The position numbers and the translations under genes were made by a program. A stretch of 64,000 nucleotides of DNA from Candidatus Bathyarchaeota archaeon (GTDB lineage Archaea; Thermoproteota; Bathyarchaeia; Bathyarchaeales; Bathycorpusculaceae), in contig CAWHDT010000009.1 of assembly GCA_963828195.1 (NCBI GenBank), positions 117,819 through 181,818 on the forward strand, in the 5' to 3' direction. The notes under the pieces were generated by a model. That model saw only the letters and a program-made list of their open reading frames with translations, ran no database searches and was not told where the DNA came from. Shown piece after piece: positions 31,435 to 41,558 of the stretch. Numbering within the stretch: the first letter of the stretch is position 1; each line of letters opens with the position of its first letter.

Positions 31435-32091
31435 TTACTGCAGAATGAACGAAACGATCCGTTTATCTTTTAACGTTTTCACCGACAAATCAGACTTTTC
31501 TTTCTCAAGTTCCGCCTCAGAATAAACACCTGTTTCAACAGCAACGCAGCTCATACTTGCTGATTTTGCAGCTTTAACACCGAAAATCGAATCCTCAACA
31601 ACCACGCACTTCTCCGGTCTCGCCTTCAGTTTAGATGCAGCTTTTAAGAAAATTTCTGGGCTCGGTTTCGAATGCGAAATTGACTCCGCCGTCAAAACTG
31701 CGTTGAAGCATTTTTCTATGCCTTTGGCTTTAAGCAAGTGAACGATCACTGAGCGGTTATTCATCGATGCCAAACCCATTTTCACTTTGCCAGTTAACTC
31801 TTCAAGCAACTCTCTAGCCCCGGGGAACAGCTTCACCTGGTCAGTTAACTCGATTTCAAGTTCGCTCTTGCGCTCAACTAACTGATGAATCAGTTTTTCG
31901 TCAAACGCCATTTTGGTCGCCTGCAATATGTCTCGAAAGGTGTCAGCTGCGCCTATTCCTATGCGGCGTTCAATGTAGTTGTCGGTTACTGTGCAATTTA
32001 CTTCCCTTAGGGTTTGTTGGAAAGCGATAACGATTACCTTTCGCGTATCGCCTAGGGTTCCGTCCCAGTCAAAAATAACTGCTTCAAACAT
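31435..32091 (-). CDS. HAD-family phosphatase
   Basis: FDWDGTL, KPSPEIF and VVEDS. Confidence 0.92.
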   Translation of the reverse strand: MFEAVIFDWDGTLGDTRKVIVIAFQQTLREVNCTVTDNYIERRIGIGAADTFRDILQATKMAFDEKLIHQLVERKSELEIELTDQVKLFPGARELLEELTGKVKMGLASMNNRSVIVHLLKAKGIEKCFNAVLTAESISHSKPSPEIFLKAASKLKARPEKCVVVEDSIFGVKAAKSASMSCVAVETGVYSEAELEKEKSDLSVKTLKDKRIVSFILQ

Positions 32092-32102
32092 GGCTAATCG
32101 TG

Positions 32103-32909
32103 CTAGTTTAGGTTTAGTTTCTCCCTGATGGCTTGGCTTTTCTTGGTGGCTTCTTCGATTGCCCGCATCATGGCTGGTCTAATTTGGCTTTGTTCAATTT
32201 GATATATGGCTTCGATTGTTGTGCCGCCTGGAGTGGTGGTCATGTCCTTGATTTTGGAGGGGTCAAGATGCAGGTCAACAACAAGTTTGCCTGAACCAAC
32301 AACCGTTTGAGCCGCACAAGTCAACGCGATGTCCCGCGGCAACCCAACCTTCAACCCAGCATAAGTCATAGCCTCAATGATAATTGACATGTACCCTGGT
32401 CCGCTGCCGCTTAGAGCTGTTATGGCATCCATATATTTCTCGTCCATTTCCTCGCAAATCCCCATCATGTTCAGCAGTGTTTTAACTTTTTCTTTGTCTT
32501 GCGCAGTGACGTTTGCTTCACAGCAGTAAGCAGTGTAGGCTGCCTGCACCAGCGCACCCAAGTTAGGCATGATGCGCACTATCTTTGCGTCAGAAGCATT
32601 CTTCTTCAAAAAGCCCAGCGGGACGGTAGCCGCGACAGAGATTAACAGTTTGCCCTTTATTTCCAGGCTGATCTCTTTGAGAACCTTTTCAACATCGCCA
32701 GGCTTAACAATAATGAAAACAATATCGGCGTCATCAGCAGCTTTTTTGTTGTCTGTGGACGTTTTTACGCCGAGGGCTTCAAATTCCCTGAGCTTCTCAA
32801 TAAAGATGTCGACTGCCGTTATTTTGCCTTGATACCCGCCTTTGAGCAGGCTTTTGATGACGGCGCCACCCATCATGCCAGTGCCGATTACTGCAATTTT
32901 ATCATTCAT
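32103..32909 (-). CDS. proC: Pyrroline-5-carboxylate reductase
   Basis: IGTGMMG, RIMPN, ALSGSGPGY and TPGGTT. Confidence 0.95.
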   Translation of the reverse strand: MNDKIAVIGTGMMGGAVIKSLLKGGYQGKITAVDIFIEKLREFEALGVKTSTDNKKAADDADIVFIIVKPGDVEKVLKEISLEIKGKLLISVAATVPLGFLKKNASDAKIVRIMPNLGALVQAAYTAYCCEANVTAQDKEKVKTLLNMMGICEEMDEKYMDAITALSGSGPGYMSIIIEAMTYAGLKVGLPRDIALTCAAQTVVGSGKLVVDLHLDPSKIKDMTTTPGGTTIEAIYQIEQSQIRPAMMRAIEEATKKSQAIREKLNLN

Positions 32910-33124
32910 AACTATCCCTTGTTACTTTAACGACTGGCGACTTTGCTCTTAAACTTTTTTTGTCTGCCGTTCTGCATGCTATATTTACTGCATTTTTTTG
33001 GAGTAAATACTAGACCTCCTCATAGGGTAGGTGGTCAGGTTCAGGGCTTTTTTCACGTTAGTTTTCGTGTTCAGGGCTTAATCTGAGGTTTTCGTCACCA
33101 GCAAAAAACACCAAAAAATTTCAT

Positions 33125-34369
33125 CTAACACGTAGGGTTCGCTTGGTTCGCTTTTTTGTCCGAAGATGCTAATAGTTTTAGTAGTTTGTGAATTGTTGCT
33201 GTCGGCGCATTTGTCCTGATGCCTCGTGTGTTAAAGTGGGTTGGTGCTGCTTGGAAACCGTTTTTTCGGAGGGCATCGAGGAGCGCTTGTATGGCTGGTG
33301 AGGGCAAGCCTAGTTTTCCGCTTAATTTGTCAACTACAAAGTATGTTATGGGGGCTGAGGCTTCATCTTTGGTTAAGTTGAGGAGCTTTGTGATTCTGGC
33401 GCTGTTTCTGAAAGCCACGGCTCTGTTTTCCTTTAACATTAACTCAACGAAAGCCTGGTTAATGATATCTCCGAGCCATAGTGGACCTGCGTAATCCATT
33501 TTTGAGCCGCAACTGGGGCATTGGAGGCTGCTGAAGGGTTGATGCGTGGTTTCTCGGTGAAGGCAATTGTAGCAGTGCAGGATGTACCCGAGGGTTTTGA
33601 TGCTTTCATCTGCTTTCTTTGCGCCGTAAGCGATTTGACTGTAGAGTCGGATGTAGTGTTCGCTGCTGTGGCTGAAGAGGACTTGGATGCCGATGTCATG
33701 CTTCGCCGCCAACGTGGCGGTGCAGCCCGCTAAAAGCCGAACCGCAAGCTCATGGCAATACTCCGTTCGCATGGGTCTGCCACCGTATTTTCGCACGCAA
33801 GCTTTAGCATGTACCCCGCACAGAGGCGCGAGGTCGGTTGCTGTCGAAGCCAATAAACCGTTGTTGCGGATTGCTTGAAGAGCAGAATCCAAGAATGGCG
33901 CTGGAGTTCCAAACGGGTCAACATCCACTAGGTCAAACCTTTTCTTGGGCGAGGCATTGCAGCTTAAAACGCAGTTTGCATCTTTATGCTTGACCGTGAC
34001 CAACTTTTCAAATCCGTTGAGTTGCACGTTGTGCTTTGCAAGCTTGAATGCATGCTCGTTTATGTCGCTGATTAAAACCCGCTTTACGCCTTGGATTTCA
34101 GCGGCGAAGCGGATTCCCCGGATGCCTTGGCTGGTGAAGGGGTCACAGATTGAAATTTCCCTGTTAACCATGCGTTGGTACGCTTGGAACGCTAAAACGG
34201 TGAGATCGCGGTTAAACTCCATAACTGGGTTGTAGAAGACTGGAGCTCTGGACGGCGCATAGTCGGAGGGCACAACTCCGTAGGCTTCCAGTTTGGGCAC
34301 TAACACTTGCACTTTGCCTTCCTTGATTATTTCGCTTGGAAAATCAGCTACGTACCCGTCATCAACCAT
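33125..34369 (-). CDS. trm1: tRNA (guanine-26,N2)-dimethyltransferase
   Basis: VFYNPVMEFNRD, GIRGIR, DVDPFGTP, TATDLAPLCG and a Zn ribbon. Confidence 0.95.
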   Translation of the reverse strand: MVDDGYVADFPSEIIKEGKVQVLVPKLEAYGVVPSDYAPSRAPVFYNPVMEFNRDLTVLAFQAYQRMVNREISICDPFTSQGIRGIRFAAEIQGVKRVLISDINEHAFKLAKHNVQLNGFEKLVTVKHKDANCVLSCNASPKKRFDLVDVDPFGTPAPFLDSALQAIRNNGLLASTATDLAPLCGVHAKACVRKYGGRPMRTEYCHELAVRLLAGCTATLAAKHDIGIQVLFSHSSEHYIRLYSQIAYGAKKADESIKTLGYILHCYNCLHRETTHQPFSSLQCPSCGSKMDYAGPLWLGDIINQAFVELMLKENRAVAFRNSARITKLLNLTKDEASAPITYFVVDKLSGKLGLPSPAIQALLDALRKNGFQAAPTHFNTRGIRTNAPTATIHKLLKLLASSDKKANQANPTC

Positions 34370-34448
34370 GCACGTGTGCTCCAGAGGTTTTGTTTATCAA
34401 AAGAATTTTATCGCCATATTAGACTTCTGGTTAATGCGGTGAGAATCG

Positions 34449-35012
34449 ATGCGGAAGCGAGTTTTGCTCTTGACAGGTGCTCCGGGCGTTGGGAAAACCA
34501 CGGTGCTAATCAAAACTGTGGAGGCTCTCAAAACTGAGGGCGTGAGCGTCGGAGGCATGATAAGCCGTGAAGCAAGAGAAGGCAACGTGCGGGTCGGTTT
34601 TGAAATTATTGATTTAGCCAGCGGCAAGCACGGGTGGCTAGCGCGCGTAGACCAGAAGATTGGTCCTCAAGTCGGCAAGTACCACGTTAACTTAGAAGAC
34701 CTCGAAAAAATCGGGGCAACTGCCATCGCAGAGGCAACCCAAAAATGTGCGGTCGTCGCCATTGACGAGATTGGCCCTATGGAGCTTTTCTCGCAAACGT
34801 TTGGACAAGCTGTAAAGCAAGCGTTAGAAAGCAAAAAACTTGTGTTGGCGGTCGTGCACGCGAAAGCCAGAGATCAACTGATAAGTGAGGTTAAAGGAAG
34901 AGAAGACGCTGAGATTTTTACGGTTGTTTTTGCTAACCGCGAAGGGCTGCCCCAACAGCTAAGTAAGCAAGCGTTAACTTTTCTTTTGTCGGCTAAATCC
35001 AATCGGTTTTAA
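34449..35012 (+). CDS. NTPase (THEP1 family)
   Basis: TGAPGVGKTT, RVGF, VGKY and IDEIGPMEL. Confidence 0.92.
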   Translation: MRKRVLLLTGAPGVGKTTVLIKTVEALKTEGVSVGGMISREAREGNVRVGFEIIDLASGKHGWLARVDQKIGPQVGKYHVNLEDLEKIGATAIAEATQKCAVVAIDEIGPMELFSQTFGQAVKQALESKKLVLAVVHAKARDQLISEVKGREDAEIFTVVFANREGLPQQLSKQALTFLLSAKSNRF

Positions 35013-35379
35013 TTTCTTTTACGGCTTTAAAATGGGGGTCATCCGAAATGCATGGCGCTTTAAGAAATAAGGCTGTTGCCGCTATTATGCTGTCAGCCAT
35101 TGACATCCCGTATTTTATGCCAAGTTCTGCTGATGATCTTGCGATTGTAGCGTCAACTTCTATAATTTTATAGTCCTGTTCCAGAACTGTTGCTCTTAAT
35201 ATCGCCGTTTCCCTGCCTTCTCTTCTAAGTGTCACCTGATATACTTCATGTATAACAACCGCGGAAATGAAATGTTCATTGGTCCTTTTCCACAATTCCC
35301 TTAGCTTTTTTACGGTTGTAGGGTCAGGAGTGTAATAATTTTCTACAAAAAACCTCGTATCATAAACGGCTCTAGACAT
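34993..35379 (-). CDS. vapC: VapC PIN-domain toxin
   Basis: VYDT, IHEV, MADSIIAATA and SDDPHF. Overlaps the antitoxin gene. Confidence 0.9.
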   Translation of the reverse strand: MSRAVYDTRFFVENYYTPDPTTVKKLRELWKRTNEHFISAVVIHEVYQVTLRREGRETAILRATVLEQDYKIIEVDATIARSSAELGIKYGMSMADSIIAATALFLKAPCISDDPHFKAVKEIKTDWI

Positions 35380-35617
35380 CTTGAGCCCTGAGTTCATCAA
35401 GTAGCTTCTTCATTTCTTCTACGGTGGCGTATTTAGCGCCCGACCCAGCAAGATCAAACGTTGTTAATTGCCGTTTAAACAATATTCCATCTTTAGTATC
35501 CAGGACTTCGAGCTTTGTTCCTTCTTCTATGTTGTATTTTCGTCTAAGACGAACAGGAATGGTTGTCTGTCCCTTTCTTGTAACTACCACCACTTCAGGC
35601 TCCAATTCCACTACCAT
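35372..35617 (-). CDS. vapB: AbrB/MazE-type antitoxin
   Basis: VTRKGQTTIPVRLRRKYNIEEG, immediately upstream of the PIN gene. Confidence 0.9.
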   Translation of the reverse strand: MVVELEPEVVVVTRKGQTTIPVRLRRKYNIEEGTKLEVLDTKDGILFKRQLTTFDLAGSGAKYATVEEMKKLLDELRAQDV

Positions 35618-35673
35618 ATGAACCCACATACTACAAACACTTAAGTAGTACTTATAAAAGTTACTACAGCTGC

Positions 35674-36087
35674 TCAGATGTCTTCCGCGCATTTGCTTAT
35701 TTCGCTTATTGCATCCGAGAAATCTTTTTTGGCGGGTTTTATTCCTTTTTTGGACACTGACATAAGGTTCTTGTAGCCTTTTTCAGAAAGTTCCCGCTCT
35801 AAACCCTTTAAGGCGCTACCTTTCGCAATTGCATACGTGCAGAAAAGAATCGTTTTTTTGTTTACGCCCTCTGGCAGTTTTTTTACAAATAAAGAAACTT
35901 CTGGAACCGCTCTTAAACCCATTACGGGTGTGCCGATAATAAGCAAATCGAAGTCAGTTGCCACCGTTGTTTGTACCGATGCGATGTCAAAAAGTGGCGC
36001 TTTCAGCGATTCAGATATTGCCTCTGCAAAACGTTTCGTATTTCCGGTTCTGGAAAAGTAAAAAACTGCCGTTTTCAGGTTTCCCAA
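35674..36087 (-). CDS. Flavodoxin family protein
   Basis: YFSRTGNT and IGTPV. Confidence 0.88.
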   Translation of the reverse strand: MGNLKTAVFYFSRTGNTKRFAEAISESLKAPLFDIASVQTTVATDFDLLIIGTPVMGLRAVPEVSLFVKKLPEGVNKKTILFCTYAIAKGSALKGLERELSEKGYKNLMSVSKKGIKPAKKDFSDAISEISKCAEDI

Positions 36088-36092
36088 CTAAT

Positions 36093-36386
36093 TCACTGTT
36101 TCCTATTTTTTGCCTTAAGTTTTTTTTCTTGCTGTTTTGGCTGTTCATCCCAGTATTTGTCGAATTCTTCTGGATCCATTATGTCGAGGCTTTTTAGTTG
36201 CTGGCTGAAGGCGTCCAGCGCGCAAGGATTGTTGAGGTGTGCATGGTAAACTTCGATTAGAAGGTTTATAGCCATCGACTGGGAAATCGGCTTTTTCGCC
36301 ATAAACGTTAATTCTTCAGCGGTCTTCGCTAAATCTTCGTAGATTTTATCGGGCAAATTAAGTGTTTTAACCATATTTTCCACCAA
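36093..36386 (-). CDS. Hypothetical protein (possible ribbon-helix-helix)
   Basis: KTLNLPDKIYEDL...ISQSMAI, co-oriented between the two flavodoxin genes. Confidence 0.6.
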   Translation of the reverse strand: MVENMVKTLNLPDKIYEDLAKTAEELTFMAKKPISQSMAINLLIEVYHAHLNNPCALDAFSQQLKSLDIMDPEEFDKYWDEQPKQQEKKLKAKNRKQ

Positions 36387-36923
36387 TCACAGTCTCTCTG
36401 CTAATTGCTGCGCGTTATTTTTGATTTTCGACAAAGCCTTAGCCGTCGGTTTTCCCCTGAGGTCTCCAAGCTTGCCTTGAGTGCTTAAATCTTCCCTTCC
36501 GTGAAACTCGCTGGGCACGTACCATTCACCAACCACTTTAAAACCGAAATGCTCAAAGTACTGCCTCACCGTTTTCCCAGCAGGAGTCGCCTCAGCTATG
36601 CCTGTGTGTGGTCCAGAATAAGTACAGAAAACCAGCGCGTTTTTGCCTTCCACTTTTGGGGCACATGGCTTAATTTTTCCTTGGCTTCGGTACAGGTTCA
36701 GTTTGGCTTTTAGTAAGTCAGCGACGGGTTTAGCGGGTTGCCACTCAATTGAGGGAGAGCCAACACAAACCAAATCATAATCAAAAAAATCTGTTCCAAC
36801 GGCTTCTTGAGGCTTTTTCAACTCAACTTTTAAGCCCCCATTTTTTAAGCCTTCTTTGATGGCATAAGCTACTTTTTCGGTGTTTCCCGTGCTGGAAAAG
36901 TAAACTATTAACGCTGACTTCAA
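36387..36923 (-). CDS. Flavodoxin family protein
   Basis: YFSSTGNT, VGSPS and FCTYSGPHTG. Confidence 0.88.
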   Translation of the reverse strand: MKSALIVYFSSTGNTEKVAYAIKEGLKNGGLKVELKKPQEAVGTDFFDYDLVCVGSPSIEWQPAKPVADLLKAKLNLYRSQGKIKPCAPKVEGKNALVFCTYSGPHTGIAEATPAGKTVRQYFEHFGFKVVGEWYVPSEFHGREDLSTQGKLGDLRGKPTAKALSKIKNNAQQLAERL

Positions 36924-37069
36924 ACTTTCACTTCTGACTAACCCATTTCTTCAATGAACGATAAAAACTGTTTTGTATTCTGGATAGGCCTAAGGAATTT
37001 TTTTTGCTCTTGTCTTAAAGGTTTTTTAAACTATAAATACCATGCAAGCCATAATTAAAACAAACGCAG

Positions 37070-38314
37070 GTGACGGTTTTGCGAATTGGCTTTTTCGTGT
37101 ATGAGTATCCGCCTCAAATTGTTGGTGGTTTAGGCACTTACGCTGAATACATCACTCACGAGTACGTTGACATAGGGCATGACGTCTCGGTTTTTACACT
37201 CAATAATGGAGCTTTAAAAACCAGAGAAATCCTCAAAGGCGTTGAAGTCCACAGACCGCTTATAGCTGACGCAAGCAACATCTGGCCATTCTTCGTGGTG
37301 GATGACCTCAAAAAATGGGGTACAAACATCAAATTCTTCAACGACATCTTCATGTATAACGTTCTGAGCGCCACCAAGTTAATCAACGCTTTAATTAAGA
37401 AAGAGAAATACAATTTTGATGTGGTTTGCGTCCATGACTGGTTAAGCAGCATTTCGGGCTTGGTAATTAAGAATGAATCGAAAATACCCGTAGTTTTTCA
37501 TGTGCACAGTACAGAGTGGGGCAGAAGCGGTGGGGCAGGGTCGGAAGTGGTGTCCCATTTAGAGGCAGCCATGGCCCAAAACTCCGACCGCGTAATAACG
37601 GTAAGCTATGCTATGAAAGAAGATCTCATTAAACATGGCTGGCAGTCCTCAAAAATCAGCGTCGCGTGGAACGGCGTGGATCCTGAAATATACGACCCTA
37701 AAAAAGTTCGAAAAGAAGAAGTGGATGCCCTCAGAAAGAGCTATGGCATTCCGGACGGTTGGAACATGCTGCTTTTCGTTGGGCGGCTCACTTGGGTGAA
37801 AGGAGTGGGCAATTTAATGCAGGCGATGCCTCTGGTTCTCAAAGAATACCCCAATACTAAACTTGTCATTTTGGGCAAAGGGGATGAGCAAAGCATCATT
37901 GAAACGGCAGGCAGGCTCAACATCAAAGACAAAATTGTCTGCCGCTTCGAGTTCGTCACCGAAAAAGAAAGAATTCTCCACTACGCCGCCTCTGACGTAT
38001 GTATTTTTCCATCAACTTATGAGCCGTTTGGAATTGTATGTTTAGAAGCTATGGCTATGGAGAAACCTGTAGTGGTAGGCGCGAGAGGCGTAGTTGGCTT
38101 CAAAGAGCAAGTGATAAGTCGTGGCACTGACCAAACTGGCGTACACATCAACGCTGAAGACCCCGCGGATATAGCATGGGGAATCAACCTGACGCTGAGC
38201 AACCCAGAAAAAGCCAAAAACTGGGGCGAAAACGGACGGCGCAGAGTGCTGGAGTATTTCACGTGGCACAAAGTCGCTGAGCAAACAAGCAAAATCTACG
38301 AGTCACTACTTTAA
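37070..38314 (+). CDS. GT4 glycosyltransferase (glycogen/alpha-glucan synthase-like)
   Basis: EYPP..VGGLG, HDW, FVGRL...KG and EPFGIVCLEAMA. Confidence 0.9.
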   Translation: MTVLRIGFFVYEYPPQIVGGLGTYAEYITHEYVDIGHDVSVFTLNNGALKTREILKGVEVHRPLIADASNIWPFFVVDDLKKWGTNIKFFNDIFMYNVLSATKLINALIKKEKYNFDVVCVHDWLSSISGLVIKNESKIPVVFHVHSTEWGRSGGAGSEVVSHLEAAMAQNSDRVITVSYAMKEDLIKHGWQSSKISVAWNGVDPEIYDPKKVRKEEVDALRKSYGIPDGWNMLLFVGRLTWVKGVGNLMQAMPLVLKEYPNTKLVILGKGDEQSIIETAGRLNIKDKIVCRFEFVTEKERILHYAASDVCIFPSTYEPFGIVCLEAMAMEKPVVVGARGVVGFKEQVISRGTDQTGVHINAEDPADIAWGINLTLSNPEKAKNWGENGRRRVLEYFTWHKVAEQTSKIYESLL

Positions 38315-38355
38315 AGATCCAAAAAACGATAGAATTAATAAAAAAGTTAAGGAAT

Positions 38356-39321
38356 TTATGTTGCAAGCATGTCGGCTACTTCGAGCAACCTCAAGTTTAT
38401 CGGCTTTCTGTTTTTAGCGGCTTTTTCAAGCTCAACGCTCACGATTTCACCGCTCTGCAATCCAACCGCCAAGTTGCCCTGTTCTTGGCAAATTAATTCA
38501 ACCGCTTTATTGGCGAATAAACTTGCAAGCAGCCTGCTTCGTGCTGTGGGGCTTCCGCCACGCTGAGCATAACCAAGAATTGACAGCCTGACTTCAGACT
38601 CCGTTTGCAGTTGCATTTCTTTCGCTAATTTATTTGTGTCACTGAAGCCTTCTGCCGCAACTATTATGCCAGCCCTTTTGCCTTTCTTAGCGTTTTCCTC
38701 GATAAGTTTTACAATGTCGTCAATGTTCATCGGGTTCTCTGGAATCAAAATAACTTCGGCACCGACGCATATTCCTACTTCCAGCGCTAAAAATCCTCTT
38801 TTTCGACCCATCACTTCCACAATAAATATTCTTTCATGAGAAATCGCCGTGTCTCTGATTTTGTCAATGGCGCCTACGGCAGTGTTAACTGCGGTGTCAA
38901 AGCCGACTGTTTCATCGGTTCCGTAAACGTCGTTGTCGATTGTGGCGGGTATCCCAACCATTAAAGCATCACTTTCTTTGCTTAGATCTAATCCCCCTCT
39001 GAATGAGCCATCGCCTCCAATGACGACTAACGCATCAACGTTGTTTATTGAAAGTGTTTTTGCTCCTTTTTCAGCTCCGCCTGGTTCCTCAAAATCTATG
39101 CACCGCAAAGTATGCAGAAAGGTGCCTCCTAACTGGATGATGCCGCCGACGCTTCGAGGAGTCAGCTTTCTAAACGAATTAGTTAATAGTCCATCCCACC
39201 CTCTCTCGAAACCTATAATTTGAAAACCCTTCGCGTGCCCTATGCGAGTGACAGCGCGGATTGCGGCGTTCATGCCGGGCGCATCTCCACCCGAAGTAAC
39301 TATTCCAATAGTTTTCGCCAA
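38356..39321 (-). CDS. pfkA: ATP-dependent 6-phosphofructokinase (PfkA family)
   Basis: TSGGDAPGMN, GGDGS, PATIDND, EVMGR and GYAQRGG. Confidence 0.93.
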   Translation of the reverse strand: MAKTIGIVTSGGDAPGMNAAIRAVTRIGHAKGFQIIGFERGWDGLLTNSFRKLTPRSVGGIIQLGGTFLHTLRCIDFEEPGGAEKGAKTLSINNVDALVVIGGDGSFRGGLDLSKESDALMVGIPATIDNDVYGTDETVGFDTAVNTAVGAIDKIRDTAISHERIFIVEVMGRKRGFLALEVGICVGAEVILIPENPMNIDDIVKLIEENAKKGKRAGIIVAAEGFSDTNKLAKEMQLQTESEVRLSILGYAQRGGSPTARSRLLASLFANKAVELICQEQGNLAVGLQSGEIVSVELEKAAKNRKPINLRLLEVADMLAT

Positions 39322-39439
39322 CCAAATTCCTCTTCTTAATCTAAAATCTGGATAAAAGATTAAAATGTTTAGTATGACTGTTAAGGGCGGGAAATGCCAA
39401 AACACATAAATTCTCTACTTTAATCTTTATGGACTTTGT

Positions 39440-39593
39440 CGGGAGGTAGCTCAGCCTGGCAGAGCTCTCGAGCCTGCTAACTTGCTTAGCTGGTGGAGAC
39501 GCTGTAGAGGTCTACCCATGGTGGGCTTCATTCTAGCCTGCACAGGCCACAGAAACCGAGCTGTCGCAGGTTCAAATCCTGCTCTCCCGACCA
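39440..39593 (+). tRNA. tRNA-Tyr(GTA) with two introns (39471-39500 and 39508-39554)
   Basis: C1-G72 pair, A73 and encoded CCA. Splicing gives the anticodon arm CTCGG-CTGTAGA-CCGAG. Both introns form bulge-helix-bulge motifs. Confidence 0.9.
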
Positions 39594-39735
39594 ACTTATT
39601 TCTTGGAAAAAATCGAGTTTTTGATGGACGTACCCTTGGTTTTCAGGCTTGATTTGGCGTGGCGCATTCGTGAGAGTTTGTGAAGCCGATTTGAAACTCT
39701 TATATATTGCAGATGATTATTCACTGTTGAGTGTC

Positions 39736-40044
39736 ATGGCTGAAGTTTGTTCAACATGCGGGCTTCCTAAAGACTTATGCGTTTGTGGAGAAATCGAAAA
39801 AGAGCAGCAGAGAATACGCGTCAGGCTTGAAACTCGGAAATTTGGCAGACCAACCACCGTTATCGACGGCATGGAAGACAAAAACATAAACTTAGCAAAC
39901 ATTGCGCAGAAACTAAAAACATATTGTGCATGCGGCGGAACCAGCAAAAACGGCCAAATCATGTTGCAAGGCGACCACCGAGACAGAATACGCGAATTCT
40001 TAATTAAAATGGGTTACCCCACAGAAAACATCGAAGTCCAATAA
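39736..40044 (+). CDS. sui1: Translation initiation factor aIF1 (SUI1)
   Basis: CGLPKDLCVC, LKTYCACGGT and LQGDHR. Confidence 0.95.
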   Translation: MAEVCSTCGLPKDLCVCGEIEKEQQRIRVRLETRKFGRPTTVIDGMEDKNINLANIAQKLKTYCACGGTSKNGQIMLQGDHRDRIREFLIKMGYPTENIEVQ

Positions 40045-40060
40045 ACGCAAAGTCGAAGCA

Positions 40061-40318
40061 GTGGTGCAAATGGCTAAAAAAGTAGATGGTATTCGCGATG
40101 TATTAAAATCGATTAAGCATCAAAAACGGGGAACGCAGATTTTTTGTCCGAGATGTTGTAGCCCAAAGTTGAAGCTGACAAGCAATCTTTCTGTTTGGTT
40201 AACGGGTGCACAGTATTTATGTGAAGAATGCGGTTACGTTGGGACCGTAGTTATGGTGCTTGAAAAAGAAAAAGAAGAAACTGATGCTTCGTCAGAAGAA
40301 AAGAAAGAAGATGTTTAA
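40061..40318 (+). CDS. Small zinc-ribbon protein
   Basis: FCPRC...YLCEECGY. Confidence 0.75.
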   Translation: MVQMAKKVDGIRDVLKSIKHQKRGTQIFCPRCCSPKLKLTSNLSVWLTGAQYLCEECGYVGTVVMVLEKEKEETDASSEEKKEDV

Positions 40319-41256
40319 TCGGGCAACTCAAGATTCAATTGTTTCTTAAGTGTTTTGTATCGGTTGCGCACGGTTACTTCTGTTACGCCTGCGGCTTCAG
40401 CGATGTCTTTCTGCGTTTTTTTCTCGTTGTTCTGCAAGCATGCAATGTAGAGGGCGGCAGCTGCTAACCCCATCGGGTCTTTCCCGGCGGCAGCACGTTT
40501 ACGTCTTGCATCTCTGAGAATTTGGATGGCGGCACCTTGGGTTTTGCCTGAAATGCCAGTTTTCTCTGCAATTTTAGAGACATATGTGAGTGGGTCAGCA
40601 ATAGGCATATGAACATCAAGTTCACGTAGCAGCAGTCGGTAGCATCTCGCCACGTCTTTCTTATCGACGAGGCTGGCTTCAGCAATTTCTCGCAGTGTTC
40701 GTGGTGTTCCGCTTCCACGGCAAGCAGCGTAAAGCGCGGCTGCAGCAATGGCGGCGATTGATCTGCCTCTGACCAGTCCCTTGTCTAGCGCTTTTCGATA
40801 AACAACGGCGGCTTTTTCTTTGATTGGCGGTGGAATGTACACTTTATCGGATAGACGATCAAGTTCTGCCATGGCTTGAGCCAGGTTTCGATCGACGGAT
40901 GAGTGGACTCGGCTGCGTATTTGCCATTTCCTAAGGCGCCACATTTGCAGTCTTGTGGATAGGGGCAGTTTTCTTCCAAACGCATCTCGGTCTACTTGGC
41001 TGATGGCTGTGGATAATCCTTTGTCATGAACGGAATAAGATGTGGGGACTCCAACTCGGCTTCTTGACGCTTTCTCCTCTTGAGTGAAAGCTCGCCATTC
41101 TGGGCCTTTATCCATCATTTGCTCGTACAAAACTAAGCCGCAGTCGCCGCACACGGTTTCTCCCGTGTCATAATCGTGAACTAGGTTTTCGCTACCGCAC
41201 TCCGCGCACTTGTCAGATAACCGCGCCTGTGGTTTAGTTACTTCTTTTTTGCTCAT
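40315..41256 (-). CDS. tfb: Transcription initiation factor IIB
   Basis: Zn ribbon, GPEWRAF, two cyclin repeats and VTEVTVRNRYK. Confidence 0.97.
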   Translation of the reverse strand: MSKKEVTKPQARLSDKCAECGSENLVHDYDTGETVCGDCGLVLYEQMMDKGPEWRAFTQEEKASRSRVGVPTSYSVHDKGLSTAISQVDRDAFGRKLPLSTRLQMWRLRKWQIRSRVHSSVDRNLAQAMAELDRLSDKVYIPPPIKEKAAVVYRKALDKGLVRGRSIAAIAAAALYAACRGSGTPRTLREIAEASLVDKKDVARCYRLLLRELDVHMPIADPLTYVSKIAEKTGISGKTQGAAIQILRDARRKRAAAGKDPMGLAAAALYIACLQNNEKKTQKDIAEAAGVTEVTVRNRYKTLKKQLNLELPD

Positions 41257-41558
41257 TTTTTTTACTCCTTTTCAACATGCGTAGAACCGTCACTATAGGC
41301 CAATCTGGCGAGAAAACAGTACATTCGGCCCGCGCAAACTAAGCAGATGAACATTAGTAATATTTAAGCTTTGTGGTATTAATAAAGTTATTGCACACTT
41401 TATTCAACAAAATTACACATCACAAAGACAATGTTGATGGAAAACAGCCTAAGAAAAATGTTAACGAAAAACAAAGAAGCAACCTCAACGTTCCATGAAG
41501 AACGCTTATTAGGATAAAAAATGTCCTAAAACTCTAGCACAGCAAAAAGAAGTCATGC

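Noticed and set aside
32980-33100. Short inverted and direct repeats (TATTTACT/AGTAAATA; GTTCAGGGCTT twice) between proC and trm1
   Set aside because: Too short, with no transposase or target duplication to support an IS or MITE call.
34993-35617. VapBC pair as part of a defence island or mobile element
   Set aside because: It is an isolated, ordinary type II TA pair among housekeeping genes.
39440-39593. Reading this gene as tRNA-Met (CAT inside) or tRNA-Trp with a single long intron
   Set aside because: C1-G72/A73 identity and two valid BHB motifs give a clean GTA anticodon arm.
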